DNA of 64,000 bases from Piedraia hortae CBS 480.64 (Eukaryota): the NCBI GenBank assembly GCA_010093745.1, contig MU005980.1:1-64000 (forward strand). The letters run 5' to 3'. Below, piece by piece: positions 35,308 through 46,709 of the stretch. Position numbers and translations under genes: made by a program. The notes beneath the pieces were generated by a model. The model did no database searches. It was not told the DNA's origin and saw nothing but the letters and a program-made list of their open reading frames with translations. The first letter of the stretch is position 1. Every line of letters starts with the position of its first letter.

Positions 35308-36942
35308 ATGACTACAGATTTCCCAATGGAGAGAAAGCGCAAGCGCCCCATCAAAACATCGCGCGTCTCCACGCCAGATGCCTTTGCCCGGCGGTCACCA
35401 CCGCAGCAATCCCAACGATCATCACGCAACTCGGCTGACGAAGGCAAACCCCCAGAACGCAAGTTCAAGCGCCCAAGCGCTCTGAAACGCACGCCAGCAC
35501 CACGGCCGATAGAACCAACACCAAAAGCCGCCACCGGAGCTGCGGGCCAAAAGTCCGTTGCAGACCACTACAACTGCATGCCAGAGCGCGGTCGGGCATG
35601 GCGCCACGCAGGCAGCACGATACCCGGCCTTCGCAACTTCAACAACTGGGTCAAAAGCACCTTGATCACCAAATTCGCCATGCCGCCGTGGCTTATGCCC
35701 GACAGCGGCGTCTTCCCACCCGGCACCAAGCTGCGCGTACTGGACATGGCGTGCGGCAAAGGCGGCGACCTGGGTAAATGGGAGAAGTCATCTACATCGC
35801 TACGTGTGCATGTCCACTACGTTGGTTGCGACATCGCCGAGGTATCCATCCAACAAGCCCAGGCCCGCTACTTGGAAGCTCGTAACTCGAGACGGCACTA
35901 TCAGCACATGACTGTCGAGTTCTACCACAAAGATAGCTTCGGCAAGTCCCTAAACGACCTCCCTGTGATCCGTACCGTGGGTTTCGACCCCCACGTCGGC
36001 CCCAACACCCGCCCTGTCACCGCGCTCGGTAATCCCGGAATCGGCTACGGCGGGTTCGATGTCGTAAGCTGTATGTTCGCCCTACATTACTCTTTCGTCG
36101 ATGAAGATCACGCACGCGGCATGCTAGCCAACGTTGCAGGCTCTCTCCGTAAGGGGGGAAGGTTCATCGGCACCGTCCCCTCGTCGGATTTTATTAGGCA
36201 GAAAATCACGGGGAGGAAAGACCCAAAGGGACCCTGGAATCCTGAGGTCTTCAGCCCGGATATCACGGATGAGAATGGGAATCTCCTGCCTTGTTTTGTG
36301 AAGAAGAGGAAGACTTCTGATTCTCCGCCTGAGGAGGAGCAACACGAAGAAGAGGAAATGGAGCCGATTTCTTGGGGAAACTCGTGCTATAGAGTTACCT
36401 ACCCGCCTCCAATGGGACCGAGACAGGGTAGCGCGGAAACTGCAAAAACGGAAAACGATCCCCCCAAGAGAGAGGAGGCTGCGCAAGCGGATGATCCGCC
36501 GAAGCCAAAGAAACGACGCTTGAAACTCCCACTTTTCCGGCCCCCGTTTGGACATGCATACCATTATTACATGCCAGAGGCGGTCGATGCGATTGAATAT
36601 GTTGTTCCCTGGCCGGCATTTCGCTCGCTAGCGCTGCAATATGGGCTTGATTTGCAGTATCAGAAGGATTTTCTGGATATTTGGAAGCAGGAGGGCGGGT
36701 ATAGGGACCTGGAGATTCTTGCTGAGAGGATGGGGGTTGTTGAGAGGAAAGGGAGGGATAGAGGAGAGAGGGGTGGGGATAGGGATAGGGATCGAGGGGA
36801 TAGAGAGAGGAGGGATGCGGAGGGAAAGGATGCGGAGGGTGAAGACAAGGCGAGGGAAGCAGAGGAGAGGGGGTTGTTGGTCTCCGATGAGGAGCTGGAG
36901 GCTGCTTCGTTCTACAAAGCTTTTTGTTTTGTTAGGATTTAG
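35308..36942 (+). CDS. ABD1: mRNA cap guanine-N7 methyltransferase (start could be 35260)
   Basis: VADHYN, GLRNFNNWVKSTLI, SAM motif VLDMACGKGGDLGKW, FDVVSCMFALHYSF, EYVVPW, EAASFYKAFCF. Confidence 0.95.
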   Translation: MTTDFPMERKRKRPIKTSRVSTPDAFARRSPPQQSQRSSRNSADEGKPPERKFKRPSALKRTPAPRPIEPTPKAATGAAGQKSVADHYNCMPERGRAWRHAGSTIPGLRNFNNWVKSTLITKFAMPPWLMPDSGVFPPGTKLRVLDMACGKGGDLGKWEKSSTSLRVHVHYVGCDIAEVSIQQAQARYLEARNSRRHYQHMTVEFYHKDSFGKSLNDLPVIRTVGFDPHVGPNTRPVTALGNPGIGYGGFDVVSCMFALHYSFVDEDHARGMLANVAGSLRKGGRFIGTVPSSDFIRQKITGRKDPKGPWNPEVFSPDITDENGNLLPCFVKKRKTSDSPPEEEQHEEEEMEPISWGNSCYRVTYPPPMGPRQGSAETAKTENDPPKREEAAQADDPPKPKKRRLKLPLFRPPFGHAYHYYMPEAVDAIEYVVPWPAFRSLALQYGLDLQYQKDFLDIWKQEGGYRDLEILAERMGVVERKGRDRGERGGDRDRDRGDRERRDAEGKDAEGEDKAREAEERGLLVSDEELEAASFYKAFCFVRI

Positions 36943-37088
36943 ATTCTACTGGGGCCCATTGGTATACGGTGTATCATCTACCATTGCACATCAGATTGCA
37001 TGGACAAGTGGATATTTAGACGTTATTATAACATCTGAAAGACTTAGCCAAAACATCTTCGAGACTAAGCCCATTTTTATCCAAATGC

Positions 37089-38471
37089 CTAACCATACGC
37101 TGAAGCAGAGCAGGTAAAAGCTCCACGTACAGATCCGCTCCTATATGACTCCAAGATATCGGCAATGGACGCATAAGTGCCGCAAACGAGGACAATCATG
37201 CCCACGAGGAAGATGACTGCGTTCAGCAGTGAGAGTACAATGTTCTTAGTACCTTGGTACCACTTGCCCTGTTTGACCAGGCAGAACCAAAACAGGGCGG
37301 GGAAGTAAAAGGTGAAGCCACTGATAAAGAGCGACGAGATGATGCCGAGCAAGTCGTTAAAGATGGGAATCGCCTCGGCAACGACCCAGCCAATGAGCGT
37401 TGCGACGGCCAGAAGGAATATCCACCACGCCCAGCCTTGTGCCGTGTTGATATATTTGACCTTCTCGTTGTTGGCAAACACCTTGGAGATGAAATACCGA
37501 CACGCCACCGTTCCGTTGATGCTACCGCTGATGAAAATGACGGGCAGCGCAATGCCAAACACTACACGCGACATGGTGTGGCCTGCAGAAAGTAGCGCCG
37601 GGCTCTTGACGTCCTGACCGACAAATGCGTAGACAAGTGCGCCGGTAAGAGTGTAGATGACCATCTCGGTAAGTCCCAGGGCCCAGATCGACTTGACATA
37701 ATCTTTGGGCGTGTGGAGCTCGGCCATAAAGCTGAACTGGCACACAGCAAACGAGTAGGCAAAGACTACATTAGTGACGGCCAAGAAGGCCGAGGAAAAA
37801 GTAATATCGTCAGGCGGCCACATGCTCCAGTTGACGGCCGACATGCCGCCAGCCTGCTTCGATGCCTGCACACCGGTGGCGACAATCGTGCACATGATTG
37901 CAATGCAGATGGATGCAAAATCAATATATCCAAGAATGGCGAATTCGGTAAAAGTCGGCGGGATGGCGAGGAGGAAGAGCAAAACGGCCGACAAGATGCC
38001 CCAAGCGAGAGCGCAGACATCGGTTTTCTCCGTGAGCCGAATCCACGCAATCGTTCCCGTTAAGCTGTGGGAGCCGACGACAAGTATCAAGAAGAGGACA
38101 AACATGACGCTGGTAAGCATATAACCTGGTCGCCCCCAGATGAGCGCAACCGCATCGGCATAATCCTTGATGTGCGGGTGGCGCATGTAAACCTGGCCAA
38201 CGACATAGCTGGTATAGATGGCGATGAGGCCGATGAAGACGGATAGAAGAACGCCGGGAACCATGCCCAGCTTCGCAAAGGTGGCCGGCATACCGAGCGA
38301 CCCGAGGGCGATGGCCTCGACAATGAGACACACCGTCAACCGGATCCATCCCAACTTGTGAAATTTGGTCTCGCCTTGGTCAACGAGTGACTGACGTCGT
38401 ATGGAATCTCTGTCCATTTCTGGCTTTTCCGCCCCTTCCAAGCCATAAGGTGGCTGCATGTTTTTCTCCAT
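37089..38471 (-). CDS. Neutral amino acid permease, AAAP family (Neurospora Mtr-like)
   Basis: 460 aa with about 11 hydrophobic segments; KLGWIRLTVCLIVEAIALGSL, FAYSFAVCQFSFM, EAIPIFNDLL. Confidence 0.9.
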   Translation of the reverse strand: MEKNMQPPYGLEGAEKPEMDRDSIRRQSLVDQGETKFHKLGWIRLTVCLIVEAIALGSLGMPATFAKLGMVPGVLLSVFIGLIAIYTSYVVGQVYMRHPHIKDYADAVALIWGRPGYMLTSVMFVLFLILVVGSHSLTGTIAWIRLTEKTDVCALAWGILSAVLLFLLAIPPTFTEFAILGYIDFASICIAIMCTIVATGVQASKQAGGMSAVNWSMWPPDDITFSSAFLAVTNVVFAYSFAVCQFSFMAELHTPKDYVKSIWALGLTEMVIYTLTGALVYAFVGQDVKSPALLSAGHTMSRVVFGIALPVIFISGSINGTVACRYFISKVFANNEKVKYINTAQGWAWWIFLLAVATLIGWVVAEAIPIFNDLLGIISSLFISGFTFYFPALFWFCLVKQGKWYQGTKNIVLSLLNAVIFLVGMIVLVCGTYASIADILESYRSGSVRGAFTCSASAYG

Positions 38472-38896
38472 GGCTGCGAATGCGCAGATGCGTTGGAAAG
38501 ACGCAAAGACGCGCCAGAGAAAAAGGACGAGAGAGATGAAGGAGGCGAGGGAGAAGGGAAAGCAGAATGAGTTAATCAGTTTCGCAATGCCAAGCGCAGA
38601 AAGGCCGGTGCCGGCGCTAGCCGTTGGCTATCGAAGGCGCTCTGTGGCGTCTGATAGGATCATCAGGACCTGATCCCACAACACGCTACTGCTATCGAAC
38701 CCATTAGATTGGGAAACGCGTTCTTATTCATCCCAATCTTTTGTTCTCCGCATGCCTTTGGTTAACCCAGCGCACTGACTCGCCAGTGCCCCTGGGATGT
38801 CATTTCCAAAGTTTCGGGATGCCGAATGAGGAAAGGTTCCTGGGCTAGACCCGAATCAGCCTATCTTTCCGCAGACCCCCATGAAGCCTCTCCACA

Positions 38897-38927
38897 CCCC
38901 CACCCACCCCCCCCCCCCCCCCCCCCC
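38897..38927. repeat. Poly-C/poly-G tract (C21 at 38907-38927)
   Basis: Read directly from the sequence. Confidence 0.95.
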
Positions 38928-39051
38928 GGATTCATCGCGCACAACTGCATGACCAGGGCTGACAATTAGGATATGCAAAACAGCCACCGCTACAACTCTG
39001 AAGTCCAATCATCCAAGACTCCCCAACTCCAACTCATCTCCACTTACAACC

Positions 39052-42000
39052 CTACAACGCCTGTCGCATGATTTCGAGCATCATGTCCCGAGCTTCTTCC
39101 ACCCCCGCCTTGGGCCCCACGATCTCGATAGGCTCGCCCTTGTTCTGAGCTCGCGGCACCTGAATCTTCGTGCCCGTTTGCTGGCGAATGCGGTTGATTT
39201 CGCTGCCGCCAGCGCCCACAATGCGTCGATGAGCTCGTGGATCAGATAGTACCAGATAGCCCCTCATGTCCTCTGCCTGCGCGTCCAAAATTGCTTTCTG
39301 CAGCATGTCGCGCGCTGCCTGCACCGCTTCGGCCGATGGCCCCGCAAGCACCCAGGGTATATCTCCGCCCTCGTCTGAAGCGTGTAACTCATGCGGCTCC
39401 CACGAGTGATCGGCATCCGCCGCATCGGTGATAAGTGGCAGTGCGCCACCCGTCGGCCGGCGCGGCGCCGAGGGCTTGGGCGGTGGTTGTTCGCCTGCGT
39501 GGCCGACAGAAACTCTGTGTTGATTGCGCAAGCGGCGAAAGAACTGGCCATTATCGGCCACAGCGTGGTGCAGGCTTCGAGGCACCGCCACCGTCTCCCC
39601 TTGCTGTTCCTTTGTGAGTTCTAGAATGTGAGTCTTGGCTTGCTCAACGTCTTTTGGCTGGCCAGTAATTCTGACCTGTGAGCGCGCCGGACCCGTCTCG
39701 TCCTGCCGTGGTATCTGAAGCGAGACGCCGAATTGACGCTCAAGCTGTCTGCGGCTCTCGCCTCCGTGGCCAATAAGAATGCGGTGCTTGCTTGGATTGA
39801 CCTCGACGATTACAGTCGTTTGGGACTCTTGTTCCGTCACCGTGGCGTCAATGGCGGCGCAAATGGCATCCACCAGCGACTTTGGACCCTCGACGCGGAT
39901 CGTGTTGCCTTTGTCATCGCTCTTGGGAAAGCGCACGATGCGGCTGTGGCTACGAGTATCATCTGGGCCTCCCGCCTCGGAAATGATACGCCGAAGATTG
40001 GCTCCCTGCGGGCCGATGATGTGGCGATGATACTTGCGGTCCACTTCCTTGTTGCGTACAACGGAGTTGTCAAACACCTTGGACTTTTCCTCAACCGCCT
40101 TCTTCGCCGCATCCACCGCCTGCTTGGTGCCGCGGATCTTGATCTCGATGCGACCATCAGAGCAAGCGGCATCGCGAGCATTGGGCACGTCAATCTGCGC
40201 GCCCGTGTCCAGTCGCAGAGCATCCATTTCCTTGCCACCGCTTCCAATCAGTGACGGCAACTGCTCTTGTGCTACCGAAACCGTGGCCGTGTATGAGTTG
40301 TCCTTGACCCATTGAAGCAGACTGAGCAGCTCGTCACGGCAGCTGTCAGCGCCTCGGCTGGGCCCCTTGACAATGACCTCGTTGGGAGCCTGTTGACGAC
40401 GGGTGGATTCCTCCTCGTGGTCATCGTCTGCCTGCTTGGGCCGAGGGAACTCGACGCGAACGCCGTAGCGGTCTTGCAAGCGGCGCACCTGGTCACCCTT
40501 GGCGCCAATGAGCTCTCGGTGGAACTGAGCCGGGATATTCAGATAGTGCGTGACCTCATCCTCGAGCTTCTTGACCATATCTTGAATATGCTTCTTACAG
40601 CGGGTTGCCTTGGCTTCGGGGCCCTTGACCTCGCACTTTCCATCACGCAGCTGAATGTCCACATCGTATTCCTCGCGTAGACGGTTTATGTTCTCACCGC
40701 GGCGTCCAATGAGGTGGTTGGCATACTTTTGAGGGAAATCAAAGCTAAGCGTGAAGCCCCGTTCGAGCTCGTCCTTTTTCTCCTGTTCGATAAAAGCCTG
40801 AAGACTGGAATTCAGCAGATCAACCAAATCCTGAGGACCACGCAGCTGCACACACGGGGTGGTCTGGCCCTGAGCGCGTGGCTTTGCATTGTAGTCTACC
40901 TGCACCGGAAGCTGATCCGGCACAGCAGAGTGATGACGGTCAACGTACTTGCGAATCTTATCATGAAACTTGACCGGAGCTTCCACATCCTGCGAGACGA
41001 TGGGCTGGCGGCCACTCACCAGATCCAATATCTGCTTCCGCGCAGCTTCAAGTGCTTGCTGGTAAGCTGCGACGTTTTGTGGTGCTCCCTGAGGGAGCGT
41101 ATAGTCGGGCGAGGGAACGCGGTCCTCGAACACGAGGAGAACAGGTTGATTCTCGCCGTCAGCGGGGACCAAGACCTTGACACCGTGCTGGCTGCGAACA
41201 TCGGCTGCAGCCTGATTCCGCAAATGGGCACAATAGAAGGGATCGACGTCCACGCGCTGGAAGCGGCTTGGCGGATGGGCCGAGGCGAGGTTGACCACGT
41301 CTTGACGAGCCTTCATAATGTCCATGTTGTTGCGTCCGTAGATGATCATGTTGCCGTCTTCCTGGGGGAAGATGCGGACGTTGCGAGCCTGCTCAATTGC
41401 TTTGAGGGCATTTCGCTGTTGAAGATATCTCGTCACATCGCGGGCGTGGGCCTGACCACCCCGTGGAGCATTCGGATGTTGCTTGGCAATATCGGCACGG
41501 CCCTCGTTGATCGCAGACGCCAGCTCCAGCACACGCTCAGTGGCCTCTGGAAGCCTGTCAGGCGGACCAACGACGGTGATCTCCTCCGAGTCTGTTCCCC
41601 TGGGCGGCAAGATGATTGAACAGCCAGTGTCTGCCAAGAAACGATCAAGAGTAGTGCCCATATCACCCAGAATAAACTGGTGCCTTCCACGGTCCATTGC
41701 AACTTGGGAAAGAGTCAGATCGCGCTGCAATTCGGCCACTGCACGCTCAATCTCCGCCTTGGCCTTGATCACAGACTCCATGTCGCCAGAGAGATGGATA
41801 GGAAGATCGGGCCGGGGCTCAAAGTTGGCAGGAGCAGCAGGAGGGGCTTTGTGAGACCAAGTGTGATACTGCGGAATCTGCATCTTCAGCTCCCGCTCCT
41901 GCTGCTGCTGCTGCTGCTGCTGCTGTTGGAGAGCCTGCTGCATGGCATGCTGCCTGGCAGCCAAAAAGGGGTAATACTCGGGGGGGATGTGCCGGAGCTT

Positions 42001-42918
42001 CGAGTTGGCCATGGCCGTGTGTTGCCCCACGATGGCTTCAATGTCCTGTTTGGCCTGTTCCACAGCAAAGACGTTGCCTTCAATGGTGACATCGACCAGG
42101 TTGTTGAGATCGTCGTCCTCGAGAATTTCCGCTGCCTTCTGAGCCGAAATATTGATTTGGGCACCCGTCTTCTTGGAGATGGCCTGAATTGTAGCACCTT
42201 GTCGGCCCACCACACGTCCACGAAGCGAGGCAGGAATTGGCAGTTGCACTTTCTGGCGGCCGCATAGCTGCGAGGCGGCCTCTTTGAACGCCGCGCGCAC
42301 GTCGGCCTGCGGACCACGTCCAACCAGAGTGACGTTGTTGGCTGGGCCGTCTTTGAAATCAACGTGAGCTTTGGAACGTTTGTTGACATCTTGGAGGATG
42401 GCAGCAAGAGGTTTCTTGAGCTGTTCACGCGGAATCAGGCATGCACGGGGGATTTGATACTGTTCGACAGAGCGACCGGGGAGACTAATCTGATTGGCCG
42501 GTGCTCCAACAGCAGCGGGCTTGGAAGCCCAGGCACGAGAACTAGTGATATTGTTGGTTGTCTTAGGAGCACCTAGGGCGGGAAAGGCCTCCTCATCCTG
42601 GGTGTTCAACGCCGGCTTCTTAGGTTTCGGAGCGGTGGCAGGTGCGGGGGCCGCGTCTTCACGCACCGGTTGCTTGCCAGCGGCTACGGCAGACATGGGG
42701 GCCTTGTCGGATGGAGCGGGAGTCGGCTTCCGCGACGGGTCGGTGCTGACGGGCAGCGAAACGTCGCCAACGGCAGCCGGCGTCTTCTTGAGGTCAACAT
42801 CCTCGACCTCCTCGACCTGCGGCTGGTGGGCTTCTTGGGCCATGTGCTGCTGTAGCAGCCGCTCGGCCGCACTTGGCTCGTGGGCCCGCTCGCCGTTGGT
42901 GACGGCTTCAGGCTCCAT
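39052..42918 (-). CDS. SCP160: Vigilin/Scp160 multi-KH-domain RNA-binding protein
   Basis: 1288 aa with many KH GxxG loops (VVGRQG, LIGRRG, LIGAKG, LIGSGG, IIGPQG, LIGHGG, IVGAGG). N-terminal DEEAFPALG and a CAG/polyQ tract near 41900. Confidence 0.95.
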   Translation of the reverse strand: MEPEAVTNGERAHEPSAAERLLQQHMAQEAHQPQVEEVEDVDLKKTPAAVGDVSLPVSTDPSRKPTPAPSDKAPMSAVAAGKQPVREDAAPAPATAPKPKKPALNTQDEEAFPALGAPKTTNNITSSRAWASKPAAVGAPANQISLPGRSVEQYQIPRACLIPREQLKKPLAAILQDVNKRSKAHVDFKDGPANNVTLVGRGPQADVRAAFKEAASQLCGRQKVQLPIPASLRGRVVGRQGATIQAISKKTGAQINISAQKAAEILEDDDLNNLVDVTIEGNVFAVEQAKQDIEAIVGQHTAMANSKLRHIPPEYYPFLAARQHAMQQALQQQQQQQQQQERELKMQIPQYHTWSHKAPPAAPANFEPRPDLPIHLSGDMESVIKAKAEIERAVAELQRDLTLSQVAMDRGRHQFILGDMGTTLDRFLADTGCSIILPPRGTDSEEITVVGPPDRLPEATERVLELASAINEGRADIAKQHPNAPRGGQAHARDVTRYLQQRNALKAIEQARNVRIFPQEDGNMIIYGRNNMDIMKARQDVVNLASAHPPSRFQRVDVDPFYCAHLRNQAAADVRSQHGVKVLVPADGENQPVLLVFEDRVPSPDYTLPQGAPQNVAAYQQALEAARKQILDLVSGRQPIVSQDVEAPVKFHDKIRKYVDRHHSAVPDQLPVQVDYNAKPRAQGQTTPCVQLRGPQDLVDLLNSSLQAFIEQEKKDELERGFTLSFDFPQKYANHLIGRRGENINRLREEYDVDIQLRDGKCEVKGPEAKATRCKKHIQDMVKKLEDEVTHYLNIPAQFHRELIGAKGDQVRRLQDRYGVRVEFPRPKQADDDHEEESTRRQQAPNEVIVKGPSRGADSCRDELLSLLQWVKDNSYTATVSVAQEQLPSLIGSGGKEMDALRLDTGAQIDVPNARDAACSDGRIEIKIRGTKQAVDAAKKAVEEKSKVFDNSVVRNKEVDRKYHRHIIGPQGANLRRIISEAGGPDDTRSHSRIVRFPKSDDKGNTIRVEGPKSLVDAICAAIDATVTEQESQTTVIVEVNPSKHRILIGHGGESRRQLERQFGVSLQIPRQDETGPARSQVRITGQPKDVEQAKTHILELTKEQQGETVAVPRSLHHAVADNGQFFRRLRNQHRVSVGHAGEQPPPKPSAPRRPTGGALPLITDAADADHSWEPHELHASDEGGDIPWVLAGPSAEAVQAARDMLQKAILDAQAEDMRGYLVLSDPRAHRRIVGAGGSEINRIRQQTGTKIQVPRAQNKGEPIEIVGPKAGVEEARDMMLEIMRQAL

Positions 42919-43586
42919 TGTCAGTTAAGGAAAGAGTACAGGTATCCAGTAGCTATCAGTCCGAAGATGTGCACAAGAGATGTGTAGATTTTCAGCAAAA
43001 CATGCCAGTTGAGTGGCCTTTTTACTGCAATGCAAGGAGGACGCTGGTAAGGGATAGAGGTCCGGGGAAAGAAGAAAAAAAATTCCCGATGGCGTAGCTG
43101 GCCACTGTCAGTTTTGTGGCTTGGCCATGATGACTAATGACTTCACCCAATCACAGCCTCCTCCTGCTCGAGCTGAGCTGCGATGCCAGGGCATGGGGCA
43201 TGGGCAATGGGTAGCTGTTGAAGCCATCGGATGTTGATGGCGGGCGTGCCATGGTCTGGTGCAGCCTCATGCAGCCGATTCCACGGCCATGTGCAGCAAT
43301 GCATGAGCCACCATGAAGAACAACCTTGCTACGGAGGGTGCTGCATTCGGGACAAATGGGAGAATGCTCTTTGCACACTGTAGACGAAACTACAACTCCG
43401 TCACGATGTCTTCAAGCCCAGCAGCTGAACTCTGGACGTTACCCCGCCTTGGCTGTAAGAGGAGAAGGCACCAGGGCTCGAGGAACTGCACATGACAGGA
43501 CCTGGCGTTCGCCTTTGTAACTCGTAGAAATATCTTTGTACACGATTGGATTATTCCGGACAATTAGCCGATACTGATATACAGCC

Positions 43587-44723
43587 CTACAGTAGCATCT
43601 CGTCTCCTGATCCATCCTTCTCAGACTCTTCGTCCCCCTCGTCCTCTTCCCTTTCTCTGGCTGATTGAAGCCTCTTGATCTTTCGGATGAGAATGGCATC
43701 TGGGTGTAGATCATCCTTGGTCAGATCTCTGTTACATCCACCGACTGGACATTTGATGCTTCGTGGCCCCGGTCCCCATTGTGGAGCCGTACGGATCATG
43801 TCCAAGATGGCATTCTTTTCGAAGCTATGGTTGCACTTCTTGCTGGTTAGAGGTTCATTGAACTCCTGTAGCGTTAGCGGACACTTGGTGCTGATTGTCT
43901 GCCCGGCAACAGCAAGATCATCATCGTCATCACCGGCATCTCTTTGTGCATGGGTGCCGCCCTCGGCGAACCACTCGCTGTGGTGTGGTAAGGGCGGCAT
44001 CTCATCTTCGTTCTGGTGTTGTGCATCGTGCACGAGGCGACGGAAATTGACATATTCCTCGTTCTGACCATAGCGAACGGCTAGACTGCGGTTTTCATAG
44101 CGTGTTCGCTCAGCCTGGAGTCTGTTGCTGAAAACGTCCACTGCACTGGGCACCGACTGCGTGTTCGCCGCGGGATCAGTGGGCTCGAATGCAGTGTAAT
44201 CATCACTGCCTTCTTCGCCCCGTCTTGCCTGGGTTGGAGCCGTCTGAGTGGCTTGCGTACTAGCATTCTCTCTTGCACTGTCGACGGTCGTTATCAGAGC
44301 CGTCTTGACACACGTTATACTATGTTGCCCGTCAATAACCTTCCTCAGCGTTTCCTCCATTCGCTTCGTCATCCGCTCCGTCTTGTCCTTGTAACTTGCA
44401 AGCATCGCTGCACCACCACCATCACCTTCGGCCGCGTTTGCTTCTTCGTCCTGCTGTTGGCGCTTGCGCTTACGATCATTAACCTCCCGCTCTCTTTCCG
44501 AGCTGCGGTCGTTGATCTCTGCGGCAGAATTGGAAAGACCGGCTATGGCCTCGCTCAGCTGTTTCTCCATCTTTTTCATTCGCGTGTCCTGCATCAAAGC
44601 TGTGAGTGCGCGCTGCGCGTCGGCCGTCAGAGGGAACTGCAGTGGTTGGTAAGCCATCTGCTGCGTGGAAGGACGAGCAGTCGAGGCAGAGGCCTCTGGT
44701 GTTGTCTGCACGTGCGACGACAT
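43587..44723 (-). CDS. MMS21: Smc5/6 SUMO E3 ligase Mms21/Nse2 (SP-RING)
   Basis: Coiled-coil N-terminus; RYGQNEEYVNFRRLVHDA; DDDLAV..TISTKCPLT...KCNHSFEK...CPVGGC. Confidence 0.88.
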   Translation of the reverse strand: MSSHVQTTPEASASTARPSTQQMAYQPLQFPLTADAQRALTALMQDTRMKKMEKQLSEAIAGLSNSAAEINDRSSEREREVNDRKRKRQQQDEEANAAEGDGGGAAMLASYKDKTERMTKRMEETLRKVIDGQHSITCVKTALITTVDSARENASTQATQTAPTQARRGEEGSDDYTAFEPTDPAANTQSVPSAVDVFSNRLQAERTRYENRSLAVRYGQNEEYVNFRRLVHDAQHQNEDEMPPLPHHSEWFAEGGTHAQRDAGDDDDDLAVAGQTISTKCPLTLQEFNEPLTSKKCNHSFEKNAILDMIRTAPQWGPGPRSIKCPVGGCNRDLTKDDLHPDAILIRKIKRLQSAREREEDEGDEESEKDGSGDEMLL

Positions 44724-44981
44724 TCTTCAGATGTTTCTTGCAGAAGCGCAGATCGTGGTGCTGTCGTTGGCTGCCCGTTGCGTGGACGCGTCTTGAAAAT
44801 GACGTCGCACGTTGTCGCGTTTGGTGAGTGCACGTTCCGCCGCATGTCGCACAGTCAAACAATCCACCGAAAATTCACAAAGGCCTCTCTCGTGCAATCG
44901 TTTCCTCGTAATGGCTAACGGCAAAAACTAGACTTGCTAATCGCTGGGAAAAGATATCCAACGCCAACCCCCTGCCACGGC

Positions 44982-46061
44982 TTACTTTGCTTTCGTGATA
45001 AACCCCAAGTAGTCGGCTACAATTAATGTAACCATTCTAAAGCAAATCCGTCAGCACCGGAAATCAACTGCTGCGAATACTTACGCATGGGGCGCAATTC
45101 TGAAGTAGTAGGTCGGGAACCCGCGATAAAATCTGAGCGGCCCTTCCTCTCGCATTACTTTGGCAAAGCAGTTGAGCATCCCGCTATAATGCATCGTTCC
45201 ACTGGTGCTCTTGGCTTGTTTCTGTAAGCGAGTCTTTACAAAATCAAATGGCAAGCTAAAAAACGAAGCAAAGAAGCCCGCTATGGCTGAGGCCGTGAGT
45301 GTTTGCGTCTGAGGATTCAACGACGTCGATTGCAGCCGTGACTTGGCCTCTGAGAAGAACGCCAGTTGCCCAAAATTCAGGGCCATGGCGCGGACAACTG
45401 TTGGCGTAGCGCCTGCCCAGAGCCGGTATACGCCCTCGTTCCTGGAAACGCGGACCAGAGCATCAAGCACATTGCGATAATTGGCTCTCTCGCTTGGTGG
45501 CTTTAGTCCATCGGATTGCATGCGGATGAGCGCCAAGTCTGCTGGGTTGCCGACCATTGCGGCAAGACCGCCAGCCGCGATGCTTGCCGTCGCTCGTTCG
45601 CCAAAGCCGACCTTGGAGCTTCTCTTCTCGGCACGACTTATCAAGCCCTTCAAGAACGTGTCGAAGAACCCAAGCCGCGCTGTGGTGTAGATGGCCTGCC
45701 TCAGCAGTCCCGCGCTCAAGCCGGTATAAAAGTCTCTGGTCTTGCCCGATGCCACAATATCCTTGGCCACACTGAACGCTGTCGGTTTGGGCCCAGACTT
45801 GATGCCTTCTCCAGCCAATTGAAGTCGAACTTTGACCATATCAATGGGCTGAATAACTGTTGTGGCCACCATGCCTGCTGTTCCGCCATTGATGAATGGA
45901 AGTGCTGCTTGCATAACGGGCGTTCGCAGGAAAGAGGCCGTTGCCTGGGCCGGCTCATCGACAACATGTTCCAGAGCTTCAGGGGTGTCTGCAGCAAGCT
46001 CTTTGGCGGTGGTCATGCCAGATCTGGTCGTCCGTTTGGCGGCTTCACTCGAGGGAGTCAT
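44982..46061 (-). CDS. Mitochondrial carrier, 2-oxoglutarate/malate (dicarboxylate) type; intron 45037-45084
   Basis: Three Px[DE]xx[KR]xR repeats (PIDMVKVR, PADLALIR, PFDFVKTR), plus GLSAGLLRQA.YTTARLG and RIAPH. The last exon reads MVTLIVADYLGFITKAK. Confidence 0.92.
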
Positions 46062-46674
46062 GGCTACAATGCTGATCAATCTTAGGTTTCTAGAGACACG
46101 GGGAGCTGGAGCACTTGTTGAATTGGAGTATGGTTAACTTTATAGGGCTATCATTAGGTGAGCTTTCCCGAGGCGAGGCGGATAGACCTGACTGCCGGTC
46201 TGCTCCGCACGACTGCGGGGGAAGGTGTGATGTGAACGCCTCCGGCTGTTGTGGCTCATGACGCCCTCTTGCATGCTGTAGCTGTTGCAATCATCTCCAT
46301 GCTGAGCGACGTTAGGTACAGACCAAGGGTACACATTCACCATCGCTCCTCCAACGTAGGTTCCAAGGCCGACACTTGATGTCATGTACGCCGCCAACAG
46401 CAATCACTTGTCTGTCACAAATAAAAGACCCCGCTTCCTTACCTGTGGCTTGAAGGCTCAGCCCATAATTGGGAATTTTACATGAGGCGATGGCGGCCCA
46501 ATTTTCACCTGGAGTCCATCTTCGGTTTAGAAGGTAGAATGAGATGAAAACCATAAGAACACGTTCGGTAGAAATATAGCTAACTCGCTGTTGATAGCGC
46601 TTCTAATTCTCAAGCTACATAGCAGCCTGCCAGAAGAGCATTATCCTTACCATACATTGTGGCAGTAGCTGTCT

Positions 46675-46678
<4 letters not shown>

Positions 46679-46707
<29 letters not shown>
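46679..46707. repeat. Poly(dA:dT) tract, T29, in a divergent intergenic region
   Basis: Read directly from the sequence; lies between the carrier and helicase starts. Confidence 0.95.

Positions 46708-46709
<2 letters not shown>

Noticed and set aside
43120..43180. ATGATGA...CTGA, a possible box C/D snoRNA
   Set aside because: Only about 50 nt, with no rRNA guide I could verify and no convincing terminal stem.
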